Part shown: in pieces, positions 1 to 6,806 of the stretch
Position numbering within the stretch: the first letter of the stretch is position 1
Layout: each line of letters opens with the position of its first letter
From: a virus
Lineage: Duplodnaviria; Heunggongvirae; Uroviricota; Caudoviricetes
IMG/VR virus record: IMGVR_UViG_2548876694_000021
Length of the DNA: 8,238 bases
Direction: 5' to 3' (one strand)
Translations under genes and position numbers: made by a program
Notes under the pieces: generated by a model
What the model was told of the DNA's origin: nothing
The model's input: only the letters and a program-made list of their open reading frames with translations
Database searches by the model: none

Positions 1-30
1 GGGCGATTAACATCGCCTTTTGCTGCTTCA
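1..30 (-). CDS. hok: Hok/Gef-family type I toxin, 5' end only (first 10 codons MKQQKAMLIA; gene runs off the left edge)
   Basis: ATG at 30..28 on the minus strand, preceded by AAGGAG (reverse complement of 41-46). The peptide start MKQQKAML matches my recollection of Hok/RelF-type toxins. Only 30 nt are visible, so this is family-level only. Confidence 0.4.
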
Positions 31-250
31 TAGCCTGCTTCTCCTTGCCTTTCGGCACGTAAGAGGCTAACCTAGATTTGCCGTTCATAGATTGAGCCTC
101 AGATTAATGTTAAGCGTCTTGCAGGACGCGTAATGTTAACTGGGGCTTTTCTCTATCTGCCGTTGGTGTTCATGCCCGAGGCAGATAGCCTCAAGCACCC
201 GCAGCTATTCTACTTAACTTCCCATTACCTCGCCAATATGAAATCGGTCA
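31..250 (-). promoter_or_regulatory. Putative hok mRNA leader (mok-like upstream start codon at 89..87; expected target region of a Sok-type antisense RNA)
   Basis: Minus-strand sequence upstream of the hok-like ATG reads ...AGCCTCTTAC...GCAAGGAGAAG...ATG, resembling hok leaders as I recall them from plasmid R1. An upstream ATG (89..87) sits in mok-like position. Extent and the antisense RNA are not resolved. Confidence 0.3.
153..188. repeat. 9-bp perfect inverted repeat (CTATCTGCC ... GGCAGATAG) with an 18-nt loop
   Basis: Read directly: 153-161 is the reverse complement of 180-188. It lies within the putative hok leader and could be one of the mRNA folding elements. Confidence 0.6.
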
Positions 251-635
251 GAAAGACAGACGTCCCATAAGGACAACAACGGAAAAAGAGATTTTGCTTG
301 ATGCTATTTACCTCTGCACCATGAAGTTGCGCCAAAATCCCAGTGGTGATAACAGGAATTTGGTTGTTGGTGATTGGGGAAAGAAGTACGTTAGACTGTG
401 GGTTAGTTCATTGACATGATAGTTACCTGCCTTCAATTTCCTAAGCAAGCGATGTAAACGATAATCAATATCAAATGTATTGACAGGTAAAATAATAACG
501 ATGTACCTTTGCTGATAACATATATCAGTCTTAAATCATAATGGAGGTAGATAAAATAACTAAACACACACAACAAATTTTTTATCAGTGACATAGCATA
601 TCTTAAGCATCCTTTAATGCTCATGGGGAGAACGC

Positions 636-1409
636 ATGACTAAACATATGGACATTCATTGTCAAACACGCATATTTAACTCAATTAACCATGACACCAA
701 ATATAAAATATGTATTTTTACTCCAAAAAACATTAAAAAAAATAATGCAACTCTTTATATACTTGATGGGAATAGTGCCAACAATTACATTTCTGATATT
801 CTGCCTGTTATTGATGCACTACCCAATCCACCAGTGTTAGTTACACTTGGTTATGAATCTTGGAATAACCTTAGCATTCATCGCCGTGCTTACGATTATA
901 CTCCTGATGGTGAAAATGCTATTGTTGATAACTCTAAACCAGCATGGATCTACTTTACTGGTGGAGGAAGCCAGTCTTTCCGAGAATTATTACTAACTCA
1001 GATCATGCCATGGGTTAGTACTATTGCTCCGAACAGTTCCAGAATCGGTATATGTGGGCACTCGCTAGGTGCTATTTTTGTGCTTGATTGCTTAAAAAAT
1101 AATTCATGCTTTAACTATTATTATATATCTGCACCATCACTTCTATGGCAGAATGAAAGAATCATCAAGATAATTAAAGATGATATATCAGAATCAAAGC
1201 ACACTAAAAGTATATGCTTGCTTAACGGAAATCTTAGCCTTGATTACTCCGCATCTTTATATCCTGAAGCCATCAAAGCGGAATCTGTTTTGAGAAATAT
1301 TTTGACAGAAAAATACAGTAATTTTTCTATTGTACAATTTCCAGAGCTCAATCATCAGGAGACTTTCTCTGCTGCACTCTGGAATAGCATTATTCATTTC
1401 AGCATATAA
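636..1409 (+). CDS. Esterase-family alpha/beta hydrolase (Fes/IroE/esterase-D-like fold, GHSLG nucleophile motif); AT-rich cargo gene
   Basis: 257-codon ORF with GGGGAG 5 nt upstream of the ATG. Contains ...LYILDGNSA... and ...IGICGHSLGAIFVLD... (a GxSxG serine-hydrolase motif), typical of the putative-esterase family. No signal peptide is evident. Composition is strongly AT-rich, unlike the phage genes to the right. Confidence 0.75.
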   Translation: MTKHMDIHCQTRIFNSINHDTKYKICIFTPKNIKKNNATLYILDGNSANNYISDILPVIDALPNPPVLVTLGYESWNNLSIHRRAYDYTPDGENAIVDNSKPAWIYFTGGGSQSFRELLLTQIMPWVSTIAPNSSRIGICGHSLGAIFVLDCLKNNSCFNYYYISAPSLLWQNERIIKIIKDDISESKHTKSICLLNGNLSLDYSASLYPEAIKAESVLRNILTEKYSNFSIVQFPELNHQETFSAALWNSIIHFSI

Positions 1410-1760
1410 CAGAAAATATGTAATCACTTTATCAATCTAGCTAACATAACTGATATCAATCCTAATGGGTCTTTGAACATATTAAAAGATAACTTCTCAT
1501 TTGTACATTGTTGTGTTCTTAGACCCATTTCAAAAATACTATTTTTTAGATACTAATAATTACATCCATTTAGCTATCTTCTAAATACTCCTCTCAGTTT
1601 CTTCATTGGAGCTGATTCAACTCCGGCAATGCATACTAGGATCATTTTATAAGCATACAAACAACATCCAGACTGTGAATTATTGCTATTCATTTTCTAT
1701 GTATCTGCTCTTTTCCCATCCACTGAAACACCAGAATCCAAAGGTTTCATGTTATTTTCA

Positions 1761-2174
1761 CTATTCCATCATTACTCCTGTGTAAAATATCAAAACTCGC
1801 TGCATCACTTCACTGTTACGGCACTCACTACAAATTATGTTCAATTGCCTGTCATAGCGGCGTATTTCTCCGTCTGGTAATGACCAGATAAGGTCAGGAT
1901 CAACCACAACCGGTTTCTTCAGTTTTGCCCTCGATAGTTTTTTGCGGGCGTTTTGCCAGTCCTTACGAGCCTGTTCAGATGGGAATAACCCGTAACCAGA
2001 GTTGTATACATCGCCACTGGCAACCAGCTCTCTGGCAAGAACGCTCATCAGATATCTTGTCGCACCTGTCTTGGCTTCCAGTTGCCGTAACGTCTCGCGC
2101 CCACTCCGGCGTACTAGCTCAACAACCTGCCCTTTAATTTTTTCCCGCTCTTCCTGTGTAAATACTTTTGCCAT
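1761..2174 (-). CDS. Hypothetical phage protein (137 aa), last gene of the leftward early operon
   Basis: The ORF track starts at a TTG (2189); the ATG at 2174 (MAKVFTQEE...) has GGAG 6 nt upstream and is the more likely start. Basic, helical-looking protein with no recognised domain. Its 3' end lies in AT-rich DNA. Confidence 0.55.
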   Translation of the reverse strand: MAKVFTQEEREKIKGQVVELVRRSGRETLRQLEAKTGATRYLMSVLARELVASGDVYNSGYGLFPSEQARKDWQNARKKLSRAKLKKPVVVDPDLIWSLPDGEIRRYDRQLNIICSECRNSEVMQRVLIFYTGVMME

Positions 2175-2189
2175 AAGCGCCTCCGGCAA

Positions 2190-2960
2190 TCACTTTTCCG
2201 ATACAACACGGCGGGAAGAATCAGTAATCTGTCGAACAATATCCCGGTGCTTGTTCAGCTCCCGCAGCGCGGCGCAGACTCGCTCCCACTTCTGAACATC
2301 ACTTTTCGCCCTGCGCAGCGCCAGGTTTGCCCTGCGAAGGGACGGAAAAATCAGCTCATCTGCTTGCGTTTCGGTAAACGATGGCAACGGCTGCACAATG
2401 TCCGCCACAGTTTCTGTTTTAATTTCTTCCTGTGTTGCGGCTTCCCGGACTGGTAACGCAGCACCTGCTGGCTGAGGAAAGGCCTTACCATCACTTTCCG
2501 TTACCAGCGCGGCTTTCGGCTCTGCTGGTAAATTATCGCCCGGCATGCAGTAACGAAATTTACCGTTCTGATTAACGCGTGCCAGCCGCCCCGTTGCGGT
2601 TACCACCGCCAGCGTGGAAGCAACCTTGCGAGTACTGACACCGAACTTACCCGCCAGTTCCTCACACGTTTTAGCCCCATCCTGACCGATAAACTCAATC
2701 ATCATGTCTGCGGTAACTTTTTGTTCGACCTCCCCGGTCAGCATATCCTGTGCTTCAGATTTTACTGGCCGCTCTTCGGTTACCCGGGATTCACCTTCGC
2801 CAGCCAGAAACCAGGTGTGACCCGTTTTATCAACAACGCCATTTTTTTTGAGTTCCCACAGTTCGTTAAGAACTTCTTCACGGCTGATATCAAGCCGCGC
2901 CGCCAGTTCAACAGAATTGGCTTTTCCCATCGCTTTCAGTGCATGCAATACAGTTTCCAT
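2190..2960 (-). CDS. Phage protein with two winged-helix-like segments (resembles DUF1627-type proteins found downstream of replication genes in lambdoid prophages)
   Basis: 256-aa ORF with GAGGT upstream of the ATG at 2960. The N-terminus ([40 protein letters not shown]) and a second segment ([31 protein letters not shown]) both look like winged-helix DNA-binding units. The family assignment is from memory. Confidence 0.65.
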   Translation of the reverse strand: METVLHALKAMGKANSVELAARLDISREEVLNELWELKKNGVVDKTGHTWFLAGEGESRVTEERPVKSEAQDMLTGEVEQKVTADMMIEFIGQDGAKTCEELAGKFGVSTRKVASTLAVVTATGRLARVNQNGKFRYCMPGDNLPAEPKAALVTESDGKAFPQPAGAALPVREAATQEEIKTETVADIVQPLPSFTETQADELIFPSLRRANLALRRAKSDVQKWERVCAALRELNKHRDIVRQITDSSRRVVSEK

Positions 2961-2985
2961 CGAAAATTTACCTCGTCAAAAATTC

Positions 2986-3726
2986 TCACATACCCTGACG
3001 TCCAACGTTTGACCGCCAGCTATCCCAGTTAAACGTCACCCATCGACCACCGTTCATGGTCATGCGGTCCATAATCCTCTCACCAAGAAGTGTACTCATT
3101 GCGGCATGATTCAGGTTTGTTAACATCCCGACACTGCACAGTGATGCTGTCCGGCGATCAATTATCTGGTGTAATACCACCTGCTCGTTTTTCGTCTCCC
3201 GCTGAACGCCTATTTCATCCAGGACCAGCAAATCAACACTGCAAAGCTCCTGTAAAAATTTTTCCCCGGATTTGCCGTTGTCGTAGCTGTCATGCAACAC
3301 GCTCATGACATCAGACACGGTGACGATAATCACGCTGCGCCCCTTCGCCATCAGCCGGTTACCCATCGCCGCTGCAAGGTGATTTTTCCCGGTGCCGGTT
3401 TTACCGCTGAACACAAAATTCGTGCACCCGGTCATCAGTTCGTCAGCTATGGATTTGGCCTGGCTCAGCGCGTATTTTTGCCCGTCGTTCTGCACCTGAT
3501 AATTCGCAAACGAGCATTTGCTGTGCAGAGGCTGGATGCCCGAACGATTCAGGATTTTTTCCACCCGCAACTGGTGATTCTGGCGGTTAATCTCCTCGCT
3601 GCGTTTTCGTCCTTCAGCAAGTTGCCATTCCCGCCACTCCTCCACCGTCCGGTACGGTGGAACCGACGCCTGTGGTGCAAGTCTGCGAATACGTTCAAGA
3701 ACCCCGGCTGCCGCAATGTTTTTCAT
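2986..3726 (-). CDS. DnaC-like AAA+ helicase loader (IstB-like ATPase)
   Basis: Walker A (FVFSGKTGTGKNHLAAAMG) and Walker B (DLLVLDEIG) motifs. The start ATG overlaps the stop of the upstream initiator gene (ATGA at 3723-3726), indicating translational coupling. Confidence 0.88.
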   Translation of the reverse strand: MKNIAAAGVLERIRRLAPQASVPPYRTVEEWREWQLAEGRKRSEEINRQNHQLRVEKILNRSGIQPLHSKCSFANYQVQNDGQKYALSQAKSIADELMTGCTNFVFSGKTGTGKNHLAAAMGNRLMAKGRSVIIVTVSDVMSVLHDSYDNGKSGEKFLQELCSVDLLVLDEIGVQRETKNEQVVLHQIIDRRTASLCSVGMLTNLNHAAMSTLLGERIMDRMTMNGGRWVTFNWDSWRSNVGRQGM

Positions 3727-4847
3727 GCCACATCACCCCTGAATCCCGGCGGAATTTCGGTATCCGGTTCAGAAATATGATTCACACAACGCTGGTTGTT
3801 CGTGCCGCTTACCGGGAGCAACCAGGGGTTTTCAAAATTCCGGTCCGGCCCAAAAAACGTCGTCGCTCGCTGAACAAATTCCGTTCCCGCTTTCCCGGTC
3901 GCCGCCAGGTATCTCGCGTAACGCCTCACACCATCCAGCATGGTCTCTGGTGGCACCCCCTCGCGCAATCTGGCCTTCCAGGCACTGAAAGCGGATTTCT
4001 TCGGGTTTGCCCCAGCACGCAACGGGTATTCCCGCCAGACCTGTTCGAACACATCCGGATAATCCACTCGTCCCACAGACTGCCCGGTGCTTTCCGGGAC
4101 TACCCGATCGGCTTCCCGCTGAATGGCGGAATCGGCTTCAGGCTGCTGCAGTTGGTGTGATTGCTCCGACCCTGCGGTCATCACCTGCTGCACAGCGCCC
4201 GAATCGGCTTTCAGCGCATACGCTGAATCGGCTTCCGGTGTCGTGCCTGCTGGCTGACCAGGATTGACGGTCTGAACATCCCCTGCCTGGTTCGTGGTGT
4301 TTTTTTTGCCATGAACCATAGTGTTTTTGTCCTGTTCCTGTTCTTTCTCCTGCTCCTGTTCCTGTTCTTGGCTTCGAAGCCCCTTAAAAGCCCCTTCGAA
4401 GCCCCTTACCGAATTTCGGCTATTATTCCGCCTCACATCCAGATGGAAATCCGTTTTATATCTGTCGTAAAACACTGACAGAAAAGCGTTTTCAGGTAAT
4501 GATGCATACTCATTCCTGACACCTGCACAACGGTTATCGCCAGGCTTCAACGTTTCCCCAACCTGCCAGGCTGCCATTTCATGGACCCAGACCATCTCTG
4601 CATCATGGTCATAGCTACAAAAACCAGCTTCAACAGCCCTTTTAAGCCCCTTTGAAGCCCCTTCCAGACCAAGCCCGGTTTCATGAGCAAGGTATAAAAC
4701 TGGCAGGTAATACAAACCCAGCATATTTGCGTGAGGGGATGTCATCAGGTAAAAAGCAACAACTTGCGCTTCTGCACCCGCCTTTCTAAGTTCTCTCCCC
4801 GTTTCTCCCAGCCAGAATCGCGGAGAAACTTTTGCGTAATCACGCAT
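3723..4847 (-). CDS. Phage replication initiator / replisome organiser with a DnaT-like C-terminal domain
   Basis: The ORF extends to 4958, but the ATG at 4847 (MRDYAKVSPRFWLGE...) has GAGGTAG upstream and is the likelier start. The C-terminus ...VNHISEPDTEIPPGFRG resembles the C-terminus of primosomal protein DnaT as I recall it. There is a central QEQEQEQEKEQEQ linker. Iteron-like repeats lie inside the gene. Confidence 0.8.
   Translation of the reverse strand: MRDYAKVSPRFWLGETGRELRKAGAEAQVVAFYLMTSPHANMLGLYYLPVLYLAHETGLGLEGASKGLKRAVEAGFCSYDHDAEMVWVHEMAAWQVGETLKPGDNRCAGVRNEYASLPENAFLSVFYDRYKTDFHLDVRRNNSRNSVRGFEGAFKGLRSQEQEQEQEKEQEQDKNTMVHGKKNTTNQAGDVQTVNPGQPAGTTPEADSAYALKADSGAVQQVMTAGSEQSHQLQQPEADSAIQREADRVVPESTGQSVGRVDYPDVFEQVWREYPLRAGANPKKSAFSAWKARLREGVPPETMLDGVRRYARYLAATGKAGTEFVQRATTFFGPDRNFENPWLLPVSGTNNQRCVNHISEPDTEIPPGFRGDVA
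4331..4366. repeat. Imperfect hexanucleotide tandem repeat (CCTGTT)n, encoding the Q/E-repeat linker of the initiator
   Basis: Read directly: cctgttcctgttctttctcctgctcctgttcctgtt. On the coding strand it gives QEQEQEQEKEQEQ. Confidence 0.7.
4375..4407. repeat. Iteron-like direct repeats, cluster A: three copies of AAGCCCCTT at about 11-12 bp spacing
   Basis: Copies at 4376-4384, 4387-4395 and 4399-4407. The spacing is close to one helical turn. They lie inside the initiator gene next to the linker. Confidence 0.5.
4635..4680. repeat. Iteron-like direct repeats, cluster B: two exact AAGCCCCTT copies plus flanking degenerate copies
   Basis: Exact copies at 4644-4652 and 4655-4663 (11 bp apart). 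Degenerate copies at 4635-4643 (agccctttt) and 4671-4680 (aagcccggtt). Confidence 0.45.
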
Positions 4848-4925
4848 GGCTACCTCATCTGGTGCCGAACCTTCCTCCGGATATAATCTGTGGTTCCCAA
4901 TCGACAGAACCAGAGGAGGTTCGAC

Positions 4926-5381
4926 ATGTATTTTTTGAAAAGCCTTTATCAGGCTCATGTATTAAATGTTGCAGCAACAAACCGCTGGTGTAACAGCCCC
5001 GAAATGCTCCCGGATTACAGAGCCTGGCTGCGCGCCGAAACATACCTTCGTCTCGACATATTGATTAGCGAACTTCAAAAAGAGACTGCATCCATTCATA
5101 ACCTTCAGGGTATCGATGCTGTTCGCATTCTGGTATCGCGCCATAGTGCTCTCTCAATAATTGAAGTGCGTCATCTCTCTTTTTCTGAACTGATTTTCTT
5201 GCTTCAACCAGCTCTGGAATCAGCGAATATCCCACCGGAAGTGATCCAATACCCACCTCATGTTGACGAGCAGTTACAAGATGTGCCATACAACCAGCGT
5301 GCTGGATTGACTCCCTGCTCAGAGGCTGAATGGGATCACTCTCTGCTGAAGAAATACCAAGATTTGTATAATCCTCAATAA
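4926..5381 (+). CDS. Hypothetical protein (151 aa), antisense to the early operon; mutually exclusive with the minus-strand ORF 5065-5574
   Basis: AGGAGG at 4913-4918 sits 7 nt upstream of the ATG at 4926, inside an otherwise non-coding 217-nt gap of the minus-strand operon. Seven of the eight Arg codons I decoded by hand are CGT/CGC. No recognised domain. Confidence 0.42.
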   Translation: MYFLKSLYQAHVLNVAATNRWCNSPEMLPDYRAWLRAETYLRLDILISELQKETASIHNLQGIDAVRILVSRHSALSIIEVRHLSFSELIFLLQPALESANIPPEVIQYPPHVDEQLQDVPYNQRAGLTPCSEAEWDHSLLKKYQDLYNPQ

Positions 5382-5574
5382 GCCCGGCACACGCTTCTGC
5401 ATCAGCCAGCTTTATTCTGGTTTCCTTGCGCTGTTCTCTGGCTGACAAACGCCAGAGCAGCGCATTAGCTTTATGTATCAACCACTCTGCCAGCTCCACA
5501 TCAGATAAACCGCCACGCCAGATGTGCGGACTGTTTTCGTAAACGCTCAGTGTCAATTTTTTGTCATTACTCAT
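5065..5574 (-). CDS. Hypothetical protein (169 aa), co-directional with the early operon; alternative to the plus-strand ORF 4926-5381
   Basis: ATG at 5574 lies 13 nt after the YdaT-like stop, with only a weak GGGT SD. Several Arg codons decoded by hand are AGA/AGG/CGA. The protein (MSNDKKLTLSVYENSPHIWRGG...) looks globular but I do not recognise it. Confidence 0.38.
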   Translation of the reverse strand: MSNDKKLTLSVYENSPHIWRGGLSDVELAEWLIHKANALLWRLSAREQRKETRIKLADAEACAGLIEDYTNLGISSAESDPIQPLSRESIQHAGCMAHLVTARQHEVGIGSLPVGYSLIPELVEARKSVQKKRDDALQLLREHYGAIPECEQHRYPEGYEWMQSLFEVR

Positions 5575-5587
5575 ATTTATTACCCAA

Positions 5588-6013
5588 TTAATGCACAGCC
5601 AGAGTGTTTCCTGCCGGGCCACCACGATTCATCTGATCGAACAGAACGATCGCTGATGCAACGAAATCATCAATATCTTTCACCAGCCGTTCCTTCGTCT
5701 CTACCAACTCCCGAAAATAAGCGGAACTGTGGCTGCGCATTCGGGCCACCAGCGGAGGCGGCATCGCTTTTTCGATCGCTGGTAACAACGCCTGAATTTT
5801 TTTAACCGCATCAGGAGTGTCTTTCTCCACCCAGCGGAAAATTTTCTGAGTATTGCGAGCCATGGCTTCCGGATGGCTGTCGTCATACAGTTCCGGGAAC
5901 GTCATTCCCAGCTCGAAATACGCTTTGGTAATTTTCGCAGCCGGTACTTTTTCGCCGTCCGGATGCGCCCAGGCATTCATCGCCATGCGGATGTGTTCAT
6001 GCTTGATTTTCAT
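5588..6013 (-). CDS. YdaT-like protein (Rac-prophage YdaT family; proposed CII-type regulator)
   Basis: 141 aa starting MKIKHEHI and ending ...TLAVH, matching my recollection of YdaT-family proteins. GGAG lies 8 nt upstream. Its start overlaps the end of the Cro-like gene by 17 nt. Confidence 0.7.
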   Translation of the reverse strand: MKIKHEHIRMAMNAWAHPDGEKVPAAKITKAYFELGMTFPELYDDSHPEAMARNTQKIFRWVEKDTPDAVKKIQALLPAIEKAMPPPLVARMRSHSSAYFRELVETKERLVKDIDDFVASAIVLFDQMNRGGPAGNTLAVH

Positions 6014-6269
6014 GAATCAACTCCGGCGCATTTGATGTGTTAACCTTACATCCAACAGGTAAACCGTCGGTTGGGTTAGGATAAATATCTGGGCGGATTT
6101 CATGCGGGGTAACTTCCCACTTCATTAGTTGGCATAACGGAATTACCTGCTTTGGGGGAACGCCAAAGCTAAACCATTGCCAAACAGTCTGTTGAGCGAC
6201 CCCCATATAACGACCTATTTCAGCCTGAGTGTATTTCTGCCTAATTTTTTCGCGAGTGCTATCTAGCAT
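5997..6269 (-). CDS. Cro/YdaS-like HTH DNA-binding protein (first gene of the leftward early operon)
   Basis: GAGGAGG SD upstream of the ATG at 6269. HTH segment QAEIGRYMGVAQQTVWQW and a ...TPHEIRPDIYPNPTDGLP... motif typical of YdaS-like Cro proteins. It is divergent from the repressor gene. Confidence 0.8.
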   Translation of the reverse strand: MLDSTREKIRQKYTQAEIGRYMGVAQQTVWQWFSFGVPPKQVIPLCQLMKWEVTPHEIRPDIYPNPTDGLPVGCKVNTSNAPELIHENQA

Positions 6270-6297
6270 TTTGCCCTCCTCTAAAAACTATAAGCAA

Positions 6298-6341
6298 AGC
6301 CTACAATAAAAAACTGTATGCAATCAACAGTTTTTTATTGT
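6298..6341 (-). promoter_or_regulatory. OR-like operator (15-bp inverted-repeat arms, 9-bp spacer) overlapping a leftward PR-like promoter
   Basis: ACAATAAAAAACTGT (6303-6317) and ACAGTTTTTTATTGT (6327-6341) are perfect reverse complements. On the minus strand a TTGATT -35-like hexamer (6327..6322) and a TAGGCT -10-like hexamer (6303..6298) sit upstream of the cro-like gene. Confidence 0.6.
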
Positions 6342-6377
6342 GGTGCTTTTAACAGTATTTACCTGTAAAATTGAATA

Positions 6378-6779
6378 ATGATGAGCGCCCTAGAAGTATC
6401 TATGTACAGAATCAGCAAGCTTCTTCAGGAAACTGGATGGAGCCAGGCTGAGCTTGCCCGTAGAATTGGTGTGACACAACAAACTGTTCAACAATGGGTC
6501 AGCGGTAAGGCTACACCTAAAGCCTCAAGTTTGGATAAACTGGTTGAGGTTTCAGGGCATCCATTGCATTGGTTTTTATTGCCTCCTGAAGAGTGTGAGC
6601 AAATTTTCACCCCTGACACGATGAAAATTGGTCCTCGCCAACGCGAACTGCTCCAAGCTTTTAGTGCGTTTCCTGAGGAAGACCAAGAAAAAATGCTTCA
6701 AGAAATCAAAGACAAGAAAAAATCAATGGAAGAAACCATTGCTAGGTGGCTGGCGGCACAAAAAAGCCGCCGGGCGTGA
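6378..6779 (+). CDS. Prophage repressor, XRE/DicA-type HTH; PaaR-like first gene of a three-gene repressor-antitoxin-toxin operon
   Basis: HTH segment SQAELARRIGVTQQTVQQWVSGK. No LexA-type S24 peptidase domain. The C-terminal part (GPRQRELLQAFSAFPEEDQEKM) resembles DicA/RacR-type repressors as I recall them. It is divergent from the cro-like gene. Confidence 0.85.
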   Translation: MMSALEVSMYRISKLLQETGWSQAELARRIGVTQQTVQQWVSGKATPKASSLDKLVEVSGHPLHWFLLPPEECEQIFTPDTMKIGPRQRELLQAFSAFPEEDQEKMLQEIKDKKKSMEETIARWLAAQKSRRA

Positions 6780-6806
6780 CCACAGTACAAGAAGAGGAGT
6801 TATGCC

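Noticed and set aside
433-624. 63-aa minus-strand ORF upstream of the hydrolase gene
   Set aside because: Lies in AT-rich intergenic DNA with no SD and a low-complexity hydrophobic translation; most likely a chance ORF.
1683-1880. 65-aa plus-strand ORF
   Set aside because: Overlaps the 3' end of the minus-strand 137-aa gene in AT-rich DNA, has no SD, and its translation looks like junk.
1925-4267. Plus-strand ORFs 1925-2137, 2002-2295, 2247-2456, 2721-3032, 3090-3308, 3292-3780, 3657-4160 and 4007-4267
   Set aside because: All lie antisense to well-supported minus-strand genes (DnaC-like, initiator, winged-helix protein). Their translations are rich in Arg/Pro/Ser/Cys and they lack ribosome-binding sites, so they are shadow ORFs.
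4848-4958. N-terminal extension of the initiator ORF (MSLIKAFQ... from 4958)
   Set aside because: No SD precedes 4958, whereas the ATG at 4847 has GAGGTAG upstream. The extension also overlaps the strong plus-strand AGGAGG-ATG start.
4855-5144. Minus-strand ORFs 4855-5043 (62 aa) and 4962-5144 (60 aa)
   Set aside because: Short ORFs without SDs in the region contested by the two larger candidates.
5436-5457. Hairpin CTCTGGC-N8-GCCAGAG as a possible terminator between convergent ORFs
   Set aside because: No T-run follows it on either strand, so it is not a canonical intrinsic terminator.
5575-5625. Upstream extension of the 186-aa minus ORF to the ATG at 5625
   Set aside because: It would overlap the 3' end of the YdaT-like gene by 38 nt in another frame. 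The ATG at 5574, just after the YdaT-like stop, is more plausible if this gene is real at all.
5524-6035. ORFs 5524-5805 (+), 5701-5886 (-) and 5853-6035 (+)
   Set aside because: They overlap the YdaT-like gene antisense or in alternative frames, have no ribosome-binding sites, and give Arg/Cys-rich translations.
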